64,000 nucleotides of DNA. It comes from Burkholderiaceae bacterium. Its GTDB lineage: Bacteria; Pseudomonadota; Gammaproteobacteria; Burkholderiales; Burkholderiaceae_B. A program made the translations under genes and the position numbers. A model generated the notes under the pieces. The model was not told where the DNA came from. It worked only from the letters and a program-made list of their open reading frames with translations, and did not search any database. Shown piece by piece: positions 29,674 to 40,250 of this stretch (within the stretch, counting starts at the first letter, position 1; the number at the start of each line of letters is the position of its first letter). The stretch is taken from positions 1,277-65,276 of the forward strand of contig DATGNX010000012.1 in assembly GCA_035306485.1 (NCBI GenBank), read 5' to 3'.

Positions 29674-30849
29674 ATGATACGGAAACGGATTGAAATCGTC
29701 TTGCGCATTTCGGCGTTGAGCCTGGCTTTGGCGCCGGGGCTTGCGCTGTCCGTCAAGCCGGCCCTGCGCTATGCATCCGACCAGGCCCATGCGTACCCCG
29801 TATATCTGGAACCCGAAGCCGTGCCCGTGCCGTTGCCGCCGCTGCCTGGCGTTGCAGAGTCCGCCGTTCAGGTGTCGGTGAGGGAATCCCCCGCTACGGC
29901 GGGAGACACGCCAGACGTCCCCTACACCTATTTCTGGCGTCCCCAGGATGGCTTGCAGCTGCGCGCTAACGCATACGCTCGTCAATACCGTGTGTCCGAA
30001 CATTCGCCCGGCTTATTGGGAGGCTTCGACCGGCCCCGAGTTGCCACGCCGGATACACGGTGGTTGCCGACGCCGGGCACGCAGGCGTGGGCGTTCGGTG
30101 AGCGGAACTGGCGCCGGAGCCTGGAAGAGGGGCCGGACGTCTTGCTCGGGAGCAGCGAGATCGCCGTTCCCGAATGGAACGAGAGCGTACGCCTGGGAGG
30201 CATTAGCCTGAGCCAGAGTTTCATGGCGAGCAGCGATGACGTGTCGGCATGGAACTACGCGCTGGCATTCGGCGCCGTGGACCAGTCGGGCTCCAGTCCC
30301 GAGGGGGATCTCGTTTTCGGCCCCACCGCAGGCAGCTTGGCACTGTCCTACGACTACAGCCCGCAGTTCAGTCTGGAATCGCAGACCCAGGTCGCCGACG
30401 ACCTGATCATGTCCGGGATTACCGGGCAGTACGATCTGGGCAGCTGGGGCCGCTGGCGCTCCGGGATCGCCCGCTCCACCCAAGGTGCGACGCAAGGTTG
30501 GCGTTACCGGGCCATGGCGGATTTCGACCTGCCCTATGACACTAGCCTGGCGTGGGTGGGAGAACGGTACACGGACGGATTCATGGATATCCGCCGCTAC
30601 GCGGACGGCGCGAACTCCATAGGCGGCGCGCGTCAGCGCTGGTCGGCGTCCTGGGACGTGGGTCGCTGGGGCGAGTGGTCCGGCAGCTTCGAAAGCCGCC
30701 ATGGCAGGGAGGGCATACTCGAACGTCGCTTCGGCGTGAGCCAGCAGTTTTGGTATAGCCCCAATCTGAAGGTTGGACTGCACGCGGAGCGCGAGGTCGT
30801 CGGCGGCGACTATGATATAGGGCTACGCTTCTCCTTCCCTCTGTATTGA
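29674..30849 (+). CDS. hypothetical exported protein, probable outer-membrane beta-barrel
   Basis: Start MIRKRIEIVLRISALSLALAPGLALS is signal-like. The C-terminal half has alternating hydrophobic/polar strands and ends in the aromatic residue of ...GLRFSFPLY. It is divergent from the response regulator with about 34 nt between the starts. Confidence 0.55.
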   Translation: MIRKRIEIVLRISALSLALAPGLALSVKPALRYASDQAHAYPVYLEPEAVPVPLPPLPGVAESAVQVSVRESPATAGDTPDVPYTYFWRPQDGLQLRANAYARQYRVSEHSPGLLGGFDRPRVATPDTRWLPTPGTQAWAFGERNWRRSLEEGPDVLLGSSEIAVPEWNESVRLGGISLSQSFMASSDDVSAWNYALAFGAVDQSGSSPEGDLVFGPTAGSLALSYDYSPQFSLESQTQVADDLIMSGITGQYDLGSWGRWRSGIARSTQGATQGWRYRAMADFDLPYDTSLAWVGERYTDGFMDIRRYADGANSIGGARQRWSASWDVGRWGEWSGSFESRHGREGILERRFGVSQQFWYSPNLKVGLHAEREVVGGDYDIGLRFSFPLY

Positions 30850-30855
30850 TCCCGC

Positions 30856-32667
30856 ATGTCCACCCCCTTGGAAGTCCTGCAACGCGTCTTTGGCTATGAA
30901 GCCTTTCGTGGCGAGCAGCAGGCGATCATCGACACGCTCATGGCCGGCGATGACGCGCTCGTGCTCATGCCCACCGGCGGCGGCAAGTCCCTGTGCTATC
31001 AGATTCCCGCGCTGCTGCGTCCCGGCACGGGTGTCGTGGTGTCGCCTCTGATTGCCTTGATGCAAGACCAAGTGGACGCCTTGCGCGAGCTGGGGGTGAG
31101 CGCCGCCTATCTGAACTCTTCTCAGGATTGGCGTGAGGCGCGCGAGGTCGAACGGCGCATGCTGGATGGGGAACTCGATCTACTTTACGTGGCGCCCGAA
31201 CGCTTGCTCACCGATCGCTGCATGGATTTGCTGGCGCGCTCGCGCATTGCCCTGTTCGCCATCGACGAAGCCCATTGCGTGTCGCAGTGGGGTCACGATT
31301 TCCGTCCGGAATACCTGGGGCTGTCGGCCTTGCATGAACGCTGGCCGGACGTGCCGCGCATTGCGCTGACGGCCACGGCAACCGGCACGACGCGGGAGGA
31401 AATTGCCCGCCGCCTGTCCCTGGAAGGTGCCGCGCACTTCGTATCGAGCTTCGATCGGCCCAACATCCTGTACCGCATCGTGGAGAAGAACGAGGTCAAG
31501 CGTCAGCTGCTTTCGTTCATCAAGGAGGAGCACCCCCACGACAGCGGCATTGTGTACTGCCTGTCGCGTGCAAGGGTGGAGGACATCGCAAGCTTCCTGT
31601 CGCAGAACGGAGTGCCCGCCCTGGCTTATCACGCCGGCATGGACGCGGCAGTGCGCGCGGATCATCAGGCGCGATTCCTACGCGAGGAAGGCCTGACCAT
31701 GGTCGCCACCATCGCCTTCGGAATGGGCGTGAATAAGCCCGACGTCCGGTATGTGGCGCACGTCGATCTGCCCAAGTCGGTGGAAGGCTACTACCAGGAA
31801 ACCGGGCGCGCCGGGCGGGATGGTGAGCCTGCTACGGCATGGATGGCCTACGGGCTGCAGGACGTGGTCCAGCAGCGCCGGATGATCGATGAATCGGCCG
31901 GGGACGATCAATTCAAGCGACGCTCCGGTCGCCAGTTGGATGCCATGCTCGCCCTGTGTGAGACCGTGGACTGCCGCCGCCAGCAACTGCTGGCCTATTT
32001 CGGGCAGCAAATTGCGCCTTGCGGGAACTGCGACACTTGCCTTGAGCCGCCGGAGTGCTGGGACGGTACGGTGGCCGCACAAAAGCTGCTATCGGCGATC
32101 TTCCGTCTTTGGCGTGAACGAGGGCAGCGCTATGGTGCGGGGCATATCGTCGATATCCTGCGCGGTAAGGCCACACCGCGCGTTCGCGAGAATGGGCACG
32201 ACACGCTGAGCGTGTTCGGAGTGGGCGCCGACCTCAGCGACCAGGCGTGGCGAGGCGTACTCAGGCAGTTGCTCGCCAAAGGGCTGGTGACGGTGGATTT
32301 CGAAGGCCACGGCACCCTGTTGCTGACCGATGAGAGCCGCTCAGTGCTGAAAGGAGAAGTTCAGCTCATGCTGCGCCGGGAAGCTCCCGCCGCTGCGCGC
32401 GCCGGTCGTTCGCGGCGTCCCGCTCCGGCGGGTGTCGAGCTGGATGCGGATAGCCAGGAGCGTTTCGAGGCCTTGCGGGCCTGGCGTGCCGACGTGGCGC
32501 GCGAACACGGCGTGCCGGCCTATGTCATTTTCCATGACGCCACCTTGCGCGAGGTGGCGCGACGCGACCCGCGCACGCTGGAAGAGCTGTCACACGTGCA
32601 TGGGGTCGGCGTGCGCAAACTGGAGGCCTATGGCGAGGCCTTGCTGGAGTGTGTGGCAGCGGTCTAG
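30856..32667 (+). CDS. recQ: ATP-dependent DNA helicase RecQ
   Basis: 603 aa with [42 protein letters not shown], a Zn-binding CxxC cluster and a C-terminal HRDC domain ([25 protein letters not shown]). Confidence 0.95.
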   Translation: MSTPLEVLQRVFGYEAFRGEQQAIIDTLMAGDDALVLMPTGGGKSLCYQIPALLRPGTGVVVSPLIALMQDQVDALRELGVSAAYLNSSQDWREAREVERRMLDGELDLLYVAPERLLTDRCMDLLARSRIALFAIDEAHCVSQWGHDFRPEYLGLSALHERWPDVPRIALTATATGTTREEIARRLSLEGAAHFVSSFDRPNILYRIVEKNEVKRQLLSFIKEEHPHDSGIVYCLSRARVEDIASFLSQNGVPALAYHAGMDAAVRADHQARFLREEGLTMVATIAFGMGVNKPDVRYVAHVDLPKSVEGYYQETGRAGRDGEPATAWMAYGLQDVVQQRRMIDESAGDDQFKRRSGRQLDAMLALCETVDCRRQQLLAYFGQQIAPCGNCDTCLEPPECWDGTVAAQKLLSAIFRLWRERGQRYGAGHIVDILRGKATPRVRENGHDTLSVFGVGADLSDQAWRGVLRQLLAKGLVTVDFEGHGTLLLTDESRSVLKGEVQLMLRREAPAAARAGRSRRPAPAGVELDADSQERFEALRAWRADVAREHGVPAYVIFHDATLREVARRDPRTLEELSHVHGVGVRKLEAYGEALLECVAAV

Positions 32668-33731
32668 AACAGTTCGCCGGCGCCGCCCGAGAGGGCTGTG
32701 GGCGGCGTGAGGCCCAGATGGCGCCAGGTGGTTTGGGTGGCAATACGCCCGCGTGGCGTGCGCTGCAGGAAGCCGGTCTGGATCAGGAACGGTTCGATCA
32801 CGTCTTCGATGGTGTCGCGCTCTTCGCCGATGGCTGCCGCGAGGCTGTCGACCCCGACCGGGCCGCCATCGAACTTATGGATGATGGCTTCAAGCAGCTT
32901 GCGGTCCATGAGGTCCAGCCCCATGGGATCGACTTCCAGCATGGTGAGCGCGGCGGAGGCAACGTCGGCGTCGATGCGTCCCTGGGCCTTCACTTCGGCG
33001 TAATCGCGTACCCGGCGCAGCAGGCGGTTTGCGATGCGCGGCGTGCCCCGCGAGCGACGGGCGATTTCCGCCGCCCCTTCCTGAGAAGCGCCCGCGTTAA
33101 GCAGTCGTGCGCTGCGCTCCACGATGTGGGCGAGGTCCTCCGCTGAATAGAACTCCAGGCGCGAAACGATGCCGAAGCGGTCGCGCAGGGGATTGGTGAG
33201 CATGCCGGCCCGTGTCGTGGCGCCAACCAGCGTGAAGGGTTGCAGGTCAATCTTGACACTGCGGGCCGCCGGCCCTTCGCCGATCATGATGTCGATCTGG
33301 AAGTCTTCCAACGCCGGGTAAAGGATTTCCTCCACGACCGGCGACAGCCGGTGGATCTCGTCGATGAACAGGACGTCGTTCTTTTCGAGATTGGTCAGCA
33401 GCGCGGCGAGGTCGCCAGGGCGTTCCAGCACCGGGCCGGACGTCTGGCGCAACTGCACACCCATTTCGTGCGCAATGATATGCGCGAGCGTGGTCTTTCC
33501 CAGGCCTGGAGGGCCGAAAAGCAGTACGTGGTCCAGCGCCTCATGCCGAGCGCGCGCAGCCTGGATGAAGATCTCGAGCTGCTCCCGCACGCGGTGCTGC
33601 CCGATATATTCCTGCAGTGCCCGCGGTCGCAATGCCCGTTCGATGGAGTCTTCATTGGGCGATGCGCTTTGCGGCGCGACGATGCGTTCGGGTTGGGTCG
33701 TCCGCAACAGTGCGTCGGAGTGTATGGCCAT
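32664..33731 (-). CDS. ruvB: Holliday junction branch migration ATPase
   Basis: [45 protein letters not shown] prefer the ATG at 33731 (MAIHSD...). The track start at 33752 is a GTG. Confidence 0.93.
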   Translation of the reverse strand: MAIHSDALLRTTQPERIVAPQSASPNEDSIERALRPRALQEYIGQHRVREQLEIFIQAARARHEALDHVLLFGPPGLGKTTLAHIIAHEMGVQLRQTSGPVLERPGDLAALLTNLEKNDVLFIDEIHRLSPVVEEILYPALEDFQIDIMIGEGPAARSVKIDLQPFTLVGATTRAGMLTNPLRDRFGIVSRLEFYSAEDLAHIVERSARLLNAGASQEGAAEIARRSRGTPRIANRLLRRVRDYAEVKAQGRIDADVASAALTMLEVDPMGLDLMDRKLLEAIIHKFDGGPVGVDSLAAAIGEERDTIEDVIEPFLIQTGFLQRTPRGRIATQTTWRHLGLTPPTALSGGAGELF

Positions 33732-33738
33732 GGGAGTG

Positions 33739-33754
33739 CTGTCTGTATCCACAG
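33739..33754. promoter_or_regulatory. candidate LexA (SOS) box CTGT-N8-ACAG at the ruvB 5' end
   Basis: The sequence ctgtctgtatccacag fits CTGT-N8-ACAG and lies 8 nt upstream of the ruvB ATG at 33731. About one chance match is expected per window of this size. Confidence 0.3.
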
Positions 33755-33829
33755 TGATCGTGCCTTAGTATAGAACGCAACGTCGCCGCCGCTCATATAT
33801 GATTGCGTTAGTTAATCGTTGGAGCAGGC

Positions 33830-34801
33830 ATGAATCTGTCTTTGCCAAAGTTTCAGGACGTCCAGGACGCGGCGGCCCGTTTGCAGGGCGTCGTCCACCG
33901 TACGCCCGTTCTTACCTCCCAGACGCTGAATGGTCGCCTCGATGCCGAGGTCTTCTTCAAGTGCGAGAACCTGCAGCGCGTAGGCGCCTTCAAGTTCCGT
34001 GGGGCGTACAACGCCATCGCCAAGCTGGACGAGGCCTCCCGTAAGGCAGGCGTGGTCACGTTTTCTTCCGGCAACCACGGTCAGGCGATCGCTCGGGCCG
34101 CTCAGGAACTCGGCGTCACCGCGACCATCGTCATGCCGCTGGACGCTCCGCGCGCCAAACGCAATGCAGCTGCCAGCTATGGCGCCCGCATCATCACCTA
34201 CGACCGCAAGACGGAAGACCGTGAACAGGTCGCCCGCAACCTGGCCTCACAAGAAGGCCTGACGCTGATCCCGCCGTTCGACGATCCCGATGTGATCGCG
34301 GGGCAGGGCACGGCCGTCATGGAACTCCTGGAAGACGTTGGGGGGCTGGATGCGCTATTCATTCCGCTGGGCGGCGGTGGCCTGCTGGCCGGTTCGTTAC
34401 TGGCAGCCCATGCGCTGGCGCCGGAATGCCTGGTCTACGGCGTGGAGCCGGTGGCCGGCAACGACGGGCAGCAATCATTCAACAAGGGTGAGCGGGTGCG
34501 CATCGATCCGCCGAGCTCTATCGCCGACGGCGCGTTGACGACCTGCCTGGGCGAATACACCTTCCCCATCATCAAGCGCTACGCGCACGACATCCTGGCG
34601 GTGGAAGACGTCAAGCTCATCGCCGCCATGCAGTTCTTCGCTGAACGCATGAAGATCGTGGTCGAGCCCACCGGCTGTCTGGGAGCGGCTGCAGTCTTGC
34701 GCGAAATCGTGCCCGTGCGCGGCATGCGCGTCGGCGTAGTGCTGAGCGGCGGCAACGTTGACCTCGCCAGCTACGCCGCCTGCCTCTCGCAGGAACCGTA
34801 A
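33830..34801 (+). CDS. PLP-dependent serine/threonine dehydratase family enzyme (threo-3-hydroxyaspartate ammonia-lyase / serine racemase-like)
   Basis: 323 aa with HRTPVLTS..FFKCENLQRVGAFKFRGAYN (PLP lysine) and SSGNHGQA. Confidence 0.85.
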   Translation: MNLSLPKFQDVQDAAARLQGVVHRTPVLTSQTLNGRLDAEVFFKCENLQRVGAFKFRGAYNAIAKLDEASRKAGVVTFSSGNHGQAIARAAQELGVTATIVMPLDAPRAKRNAAASYGARIITYDRKTEDREQVARNLASQEGLTLIPPFDDPDVIAGQGTAVMELLEDVGGLDALFIPLGGGGLLAGSLLAAHALAPECLVYGVEPVAGNDGQQSFNKGERVRIDPPSSIADGALTTCLGEYTFPIIKRYAHDILAVEDVKLIAAMQFFAERMKIVVEPTGCLGAAAVLREIVPVRGMRVGVVLSGGNVDLASYAACLSQEP

Positions 34802-34802
34802 G

Positions 34803-35375
34803 TCAGCGGGCCATGGACTTGAGGGCGAGACGGATGCCTTCCGCTACGTCGACGTCCGCGGGCAGGGCCTTGAGTGCCTTCTCAGATTCGGCGCTGGAAT
34901 AGCCCAGCGATAGCAGCGCGTTCAGGATGTCGTTCTGACTACCCTGGGCGGGTGCCGTTACGGCGCCGATGTCCGCGCCCAGCTTGCCGCGCAGCTCCAG
35001 CAGCAGGCGCTCTGCCGTCTTTTTGCCGATGCCCGGCACCCGGGTCAGCCGGCCCGTTTCCTGCAACGTGATGGCGCTGGACAGTTCTTCCACCGTCATT
35101 CCAGAGAGCACAGCCAGCGCGATGCGGGCGCCCACGCCCGTCACCTTGATTAGTGAGCGAAAGGCGCTGCGTTCCGCAATGGACGAAAACCCATAGAGGA
35201 TGTGAGCGTCGTCGCGTACCTGCAGATGTGTATACAAGGTGACTTCGGCGCCGACTTCGGGCAGCTTGTACAGCGTACTCATTGGGACGTCGATCTCGTA
35301 ACCGACGCCGCCCACATCGATGCAAATCGTGGGCGGGATTTTTTCCAGCAGGATGCCGCGGATGCGTCCGATCAT
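34803..35375 (-). CDS. ruvA: Holliday junction DNA helicase subunit RuvA
   Basis: 190 aa with [18 protein letters not shown] and the HhH motifs [14 protein letters not shown] and [16 protein letters not shown]. Confidence 0.95.
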   Translation of the reverse strand: MIGRIRGILLEKIPPTICIDVGGVGYEIDVPMSTLYKLPEVGAEVTLYTHLQVRDDAHILYGFSSIAERSAFRSLIKVTGVGARIALAVLSGMTVEELSSAITLQETGRLTRVPGIGKKTAERLLLELRGKLGADIGAVTAPAQGSQNDILNALLSLGYSSAESEKALKALPADVDVAEGIRLALKSMAR

Positions 35376-35399
35376 GCAGAGACTCCGTTTTCCGTTGAA

Positions 35400-35942
35400 T
35401 CAGCCTACCAGCCGGCCGTTGCGAATGCGCTTCAGACCGGTGGAGGCGAGTGCGCCGTGTGCCAGTGTGGCGGCCAGCGGGTAGACGTGGGCGTGGCAGA
35501 TGGCGCAAGCCAAGGCGTCCGCCGAGTCAGGCGCAGGCGCGGCGTTTAGCGACAGCAGATGCTGCACCATGTGCTGCACCTGCTCTTTGGCGGCCCGGCC
35601 GGTGCCCACGACAGACTTCTTGACCTGCAGCGCCGTGTACTCGTGGACCTCGAGGCCGCTATCGGCCAGGGCACACATGGCCGCGCCGCGCGCCTGGCCC
35701 AGAAGCAGGGTCGAGGCCGGGTTGGTATTGAGGAAGACCTTTTCCATGGCCGCCACCGAGGGACGGGTTTCGGCGGCCACTTCCCGGATGTGATCCAGAA
35801 TGGTCTTGAGGCGCATTGCCAGGCTGAGATCGCTGGGCACCACGATGGTGCCGCTAGCGACATACAGCAGGCGCGGGCCGTCCGCGTCGATGACGCCGAA
35901 GCCCGTGCGTCTAAGGCCGGGGTCGATGCCCAGGATCCGCAT
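35400..35942 (-). CDS. ruvC: crossover junction endodeoxyribonuclease
   Basis: 180 aa with [19 protein letters not shown] and a [15 protein letters not shown]-terminal motif. The start overlaps the purH stop (ATGA). Confidence 0.95.
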   Translation of the reverse strand: MRILGIDPGLRRTGFGVIDADGPRLLYVASGTIVVPSDLSLAMRLKTILDHIREVAAETRPSVAAMEKVFLNTNPASTLLLGQARGAAMCALADSGLEVHEYTALQVKKSVVGTGRAAKEQVQHMVQHLLSLNAAPAPDSADALACAICHAHVYPLAATLAHGALASTGLKRIRNGRLVG

Positions 35943-37534
35943 CAGTGGCGGAAGTGCCGGGTACCCGTGAACACCATCGGGATGCCGCGTTCGTCGGCCG
36001 CTGCAATGACTTCGTCGTCGCGGATGCTGCCGCCCGGTTGGATCACGCAGCCGGCGCCCGCATCCACCACGACATCCAGGCCGTCACGGAAGGGGAAGAA
36101 GGCGTCCGACGCCACGGCCGAGCCCGCGAGGCTGAGACCGGCATTCTGTGCCTTGATGGACGCGATGCGAGCGGAGTCGACCCGGCTCATCTGGCCAGCG
36201 CCGACACCCAGGGTCATGCCGTTCCCGGTGAACACGATGGCGTTGGACTTCACGTACTTGGCGACCTTCCAGGCGAAGAGCAAGTCGTTCATCTGGGCTT
36301 CGGTAGGCTGGAGCTTGGTGACGACGCGGAACTCGGCGTCGGGCACCAGGAAGTCGTCGGGATTCTGGACCAGCCAGCCGCCGCCTACGCGCTTGACGTC
36401 GAACGCGTTGCGGCCGTCGCCCAGCGGCACCTGAAGGACGCGGACGTTCTTCTTGGCGGCGAATACGGCCATGGCTTGCGACGAATATTCCGGTGCCAGG
36501 ACCACTTCCACGAACTGCTTGCTGACTGCTTCTGCCGTGGCAACGTCAATGGGACGGTTGAAGGCGATGATGCCGCCGAAGGCGGAGGTGGGATCGGTCT
36601 GGAAGGCCTTTTCGTAGGCTTCCACCGGTGTGGGCGCCACCGCGACGCCGCAGGGGTTGGCGTGCTTGATAATCACGCAGGCAGCCGACTCAAAGCTGCG
36701 TACGCACTCCCAGGCGGCGTCCGCGTCTGCAATATTGTTGTACGAGAGTTCTTTGCCCTGAAGCTGGGTGTAACTGCCCAGCAGTCCCGGCGCAACAGCC
36801 GGGTCGACATAGAAGGCGGCCTGCTGGTGGGGGTTCTCGCCATAGCGCAGCACCTGATTCTGCTTGAGCTGCAGCGTCAGGACGCGCGGCCAGGCGTTGC
36901 GCTCGGCGGGCGCCTCTTGGGCTGGCTCCGCTTGTGCGAGGCTGCTCAGATAGGCGGCAATGGCACCGTCGTAGGCGGCGGTATGAGCGTAGACCTTGGC
37001 TGCGAGTTCAAGCCGCAAGCCGTACGAAGGGGCGCCCTGGGGGCCGTCCATATCGGCCAGCACGCGCGCATAGTCGGCGGGGTCGATCACGACCGTGACG
37101 CCGCCGGCGGGCGTGCCGTGATTCTTGGCTGCCGCGCGCAACATGGCGGGGCCGCCAATATCGATGTTCTCAATGGCGTCGGCAAAGGTGCAGCCCGACT
37201 TGGCAATGGTTTCACGGAAGGGATACAGATTCACCACCAGCAGGTCGATACGTTCGATGCCGTGCTGCTCCAGCGCCTGCATGTGTTCCGTGCTGTCGCG
37301 TCGTGCGAGCAGGCCGCCGTGGATCTTCGGGTGCAGGGTCTTGACGCGGCCGTCGAGGATCTCGGGAGACCCGGTATGCTGCGCGACCTCGGTCACCTGG
37401 ATGCCGGCGTCGGCCAGCAGCCGAGCGGTGCCGCCGGTGGAGAGGATGCGCACGCCGCGGCTGGCGAGGGCCTGGGCGAAGTCGACGACGCCCGACTTGT
37501 CGGACACGGAAATTAAGGCGGTCTGGATTTTCAT
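35942..37534 (-). CDS. purH: bifunctional AICAR formyltransferase / IMP cyclohydrolase
   Basis: 530 aa with [21 protein letters not shown] (MGS-like domain), and it ends in TGTRHFRH. Confidence 0.96.
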   Translation of the reverse strand: MKIQTALISVSDKSGVVDFAQALASRGVRILSTGGTARLLADAGIQVTEVAQHTGSPEILDGRVKTLHPKIHGGLLARRDSTEHMQALEQHGIERIDLLVVNLYPFRETIAKSGCTFADAIENIDIGGPAMLRAAAKNHGTPAGGVTVVIDPADYARVLADMDGPQGAPSYGLRLELAAKVYAHTAAYDGAIAAYLSSLAQAEPAQEAPAERNAWPRVLTLQLKQNQVLRYGENPHQQAAFYVDPAVAPGLLGSYTQLQGKELSYNNIADADAAWECVRSFESAACVIIKHANPCGVAVAPTPVEAYEKAFQTDPTSAFGGIIAFNRPIDVATAEAVSKQFVEVVLAPEYSSQAMAVFAAKKNVRVLQVPLGDGRNAFDVKRVGGGWLVQNPDDFLVPDAEFRVVTKLQPTEAQMNDLLFAWKVAKYVKSNAIVFTGNGMTLGVGAGQMSRVDSARIASIKAQNAGLSLAGSAVASDAFFPFRDGLDVVVDAGAGCVIQPGGSIRDDEVIAAADERGIPMVFTGTRHFRH

Positions 37535-37560
37535 TGGAGCTTCAGTGGAGGATGGAGAAA

Positions 37561-37800
37561 TCAGGGTTGCAGATCATGAGCATGCAGTTTTTTGCGCAGG
37601 GTGCTGCGGGTAATGCCCAGCATGGCCGCGGCCTTGGATTGGTTGCCGTTGGCTTTCTCCAGCGCCACCTGAAGTACGGGGCGTTCTACGCAGCTGATGA
37701 CCATTGCCAGCATGTCGCGCGGCTCGGAGTCGCCCAGATCCGTGAAGTATCGTTCCAGCCGTTCACGCACGGATTGTTCCAGGGGGTTGTTGTTGCTCAT
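37561..37800 (-). CDS. fis: Fis-family DNA-binding protein
   Basis: 79 aa. The C-terminal HTH is [21 protein letters not shown]. It sits in the conserved dusB-fis arrangement. Confidence 0.9.
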   Translation of the reverse strand: MSNNNPLEQSVRERLERYFTDLGDSEPRDMLAMVISCVERPVLQVALEKANGNQSKAAAMLGITRSTLRKKLHAHDLQP

Positions 37801-37826
37801 GATGTGGGTGGTGCTCTAGTTGTGGT

Positions 37827-38837
37827 TCACGCTGCCACGGCGTGAATCTCTATGGTTTCATTGGTGGAAAACTGCTCGAACCAGGTCTCGAGTGCGGAGA
37901 TCTGTTCGGTGGTTGTTTCGGCAGCGTTGATTTGCTGCCGTAATGCCGGCGCATGGGGAAGTCCTTCGAGATACCACCCAATGTGCTTTCGAGCGGTACG
38001 TACGCCTGTATGTTCACCGTAGAACTGGTAGTGATCTTCCAGGTGGTCAAGCAGGCAGTGCCTGAGTTCTCCCCACGTCGGGGATGGCAGGCGGGTTCCC
38101 GTGGCCAGGTAATGGCTGATCTCGCGAAAGATCCAGGGCCGACCCTGTGCGGCGCGACCGATCATGACCGCATCGGCGCCCGTATACTCTAATACCTCGC
38201 GCGCCTTTTCGGGACTATCGATATCCCCATTGGCGACTACAGGAATTTCCAGGGCCTGCTTGACTTCGCGGATCGTGTCGTATTCGGCTTCGCCCTGATA
38301 CAGGTCGCAGCGTGTGCGCCCATGCAGCGTAAGCGCTGCCACGCCGGCGTCCTGGGCAAGCTGGCCAATGCGCACGGCGTTGCGGCTGTCGCGGTCCCAA
38401 CCGGTGCGGGTCTTTAAGGTGACGGGCACGTCGCGCGGGCGGCAGACCGCCACGACGCTACGAAGGATGCGGTCGACCAGCGCCTCATCGCGCAGCAGCG
38501 CCGAACCCGACGCCACATTGCACACCTTCTTCACCGGGCAACCCATGTTGATGTCGATGATGTGCGCGCCTTTCTCGATGTTGAAGACGGCCGCCTCGGC
38601 CATCATGTCGGGATCCGAGCCCGCGATCTGAACGGCGACCGGGTCAGGTTCGCCTTCGTGGTTAAGCCGCCGCGAGGTCTTGACGCTATTCCACAGGCGT
38701 GGGTTGCTTGCGGCCATTTCGGATACGGCATACGCCGCCCCCAGCGCCTTGCACAGGCGACGATAGGGGCGATCGGTCACCCCCGCCATGGGTGCGGCGA
38801 AAACAGGGTGGGGAAGGGTCCAGGAGCCGATGCGCAT
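37827..38837 (-). CDS. dusB: tRNA-dihydrouridine synthase B
   Basis: 336 aa with PMAGVTDRPYRRLC..DINMGCPVKKV..HGRTR motifs. Confidence 0.93.
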   Translation of the reverse strand: MRIGSWTLPHPVFAAPMAGVTDRPYRRLCKALGAAYAVSEMAASNPRLWNSVKTSRRLNHEGEPDPVAVQIAGSDPDMMAEAAVFNIEKGAHIIDINMGCPVKKVCNVASGSALLRDEALVDRILRSVVAVCRPRDVPVTLKTRTGWDRDSRNAVRIGQLAQDAGVAALTLHGRTRCDLYQGEAEYDTIREVKQALEIPVVANGDIDSPEKAREVLEYTGADAVMIGRAAQGRPWIFREISHYLATGTRLPSPTWGELRHCLLDHLEDHYQFYGEHTGVRTARKHIGWYLEGLPHAPALRQQINAAETTTEQISALETWFEQFSTNETIEIHAVAA

Positions 38838-38879
38838 CCGGGGGATTTTACCCCCTCGGCGCGGGACGGGGGGACGGCC

Positions 38880-40052
38880 CTAGGTGCGCAAGCCTTCCAG
38901 AAGCTGGCGCGCCAATTGGTTGCGCAGGGGCGGAAGAAGGTCCATGGCGAGCAAGGCTGCACCGCCTGCGTGCTCCAGCAGGCGATTGCCGGTGGAGAAC
39001 GCCCTAGGCAGAAAATCCGTGACCGCCATGGTGAGCCAGCGGTCGGCATGGCGCCGACGCGTGAATGTTTCTCCGTAGGGCGCTGGGTCGGTGTCAGGGT
39101 GCAAAAGCCAGCGGCTCAGACTCTGTGTGAGTTGGGCGACGTCGCGCAGTCCCAGGTTGAGTCCTTGTCCCGCCACGGGGTGCAGGGTCTGCGCGGCGTT
39201 GCCCACAGCGATGCACCGATCGTTGATGCGCGTAGGCCCGGCGTGCAGTGCCAGCGGAAAGACCGAGCGGCGGCCCACGCTTTCGAAGCGGCCCAGGCGA
39301 TCGCCAAATTGTTCGTGCAAGTGCGAATCGAACTCGGCGTTAGGCAGCCCGCGAAGAAGCTCAGCCTGTTCGGGCCCGCAGCACCAGACGATGCTGTAGA
39401 TGTCGTGACCCTGGGGATGCGGCAGGGCGGCGAGCGGTCCCGTGCGGGTAAAGCGTTCGTAGGCCCAACCGGGTTGCGGTCGGGTGGCCCGCACATTGGC
39501 GAGCACCGCATGTTGGCCGTAACCGCGTTGCAAACCAACCGGCCGGACACCGTCTGACTGCACGGCGAGCGATGCGCTTACCATGCCGCCCTCGTACCGA
39601 CATTCGACGCGTCTGCCTGCCAGCCGGGGAAGTGCGCGCCCTTCTATGCGGGTTACGCCGCTGTTCGCGAGGGCACGCTGCAGTGCATCGAGCAAGTCGT
39701 CGTAACGCACCACGTTGCCCAACCGGGGGACGCCGAGGTCGCGATGGTCGATCACTACCCGACCCAAGCGGTGTCGCTGCGACACGTGTACGTGCAGAAT
39801 TTCAGCCGCAGCGTGGGGCCAGGAGCCGAGCGATTCGAGAAATACGCGGCTGCCATGGTTGAGTGCCAGGCAACGCGGATCCACGCCGAGAGCAGCCGCC
39901 GAGCCGGTGCCCGGTGCCGGCGCCGCTTGTCGCGCAGGACCCAGCAGAGCGATCCGGCCAGGGTCGCGAGCCTTTTGGGCCAGGGCAAGGGCCAGCGCGC
40001 TGCCTGCCGGCCCGGCGCCGAGGATGACGATGTCAAAGTCGGGCGTTTCCAT
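38880..40052 (-). CDS. UbiH/UbiF/VisC/COQ6-family FAD-dependent monooxygenase
   Basis: 390 aa with DIVILGAGPAGSALALALA (GxGxxG) and GNAAQTLHPVAGQGLNLGLRD. Confidence 0.85.
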   Translation of the reverse strand: METPDFDIVILGAGPAGSALALALAQKARDPGRIALLGPARQAAPAPGTGSAAALGVDPRCLALNHGSRVFLESLGSWPHAAAEILHVHVSQRHRLGRVVIDHRDLGVPRLGNVVRYDDLLDALQRALANSGVTRIEGRALPRLAGRRVECRYEGGMVSASLAVQSDGVRPVGLQRGYGQHAVLANVRATRPQPGWAYERFTRTGPLAALPHPQGHDIYSIVWCCGPEQAELLRGLPNAEFDSHLHEQFGDRLGRFESVGRRSVFPLALHAGPTRINDRCIAVGNAAQTLHPVAGQGLNLGLRDVAQLTQSLSRWLLHPDTDPAPYGETFTRRRHADRWLTMAVTDFLPRAFSTGNRLLEHAGGAALLAMDLLPPLRNQLARQLLEGLRT

Positions 40053-40091
40053 GGCGGATATTCTACGCGTTCTTTCCCCCCTGACGTTTGC

Positions 40092-40100
40092 TGATAGAAT
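40092..40100 (+). promoter_or_regulatory. candidate extended -10 promoter (TGaTAGAAT) feeding the riboswitch leader
   Basis: tgatagaat at 40092-40100 would place the transcription start near 40107, just before the conserved GGGGAGTAGC box. Confidence 0.35.
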
Positions 40101-40106
40101 GGCGGC

Positions 40107-40250
40107 TCCCTCGTCATCGGGGAGTAGCTGACACCGGCTCCAGGGCCGGTGAGACCCGCATCAACATGCTTGGCGCAGACAGCGCCATGGTGCGGGCGAC
40201 GGGCGTTTCGGGTGTTTCCCCGGCGTCGTGTCCGGCAAGACCTTTGACCG
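40107..40250 (+). promoter_or_regulatory. probable yybP-ykoY (Mn2+) riboswitch aptamer
   Basis: Two signature boxes are in the correct order: GGGGAGTAGC at 40119-40128 and GCAAGACC at 40235-40242. An internal CAUCAACAUG resembles the conserved UUGACAUA element. Helices between them are CACCGGC/GCCGGUG, CCCGCA/UGCGGG and GGCGC/GCGCC. A cation transporter gene lies downstream. Confidence 0.65.
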
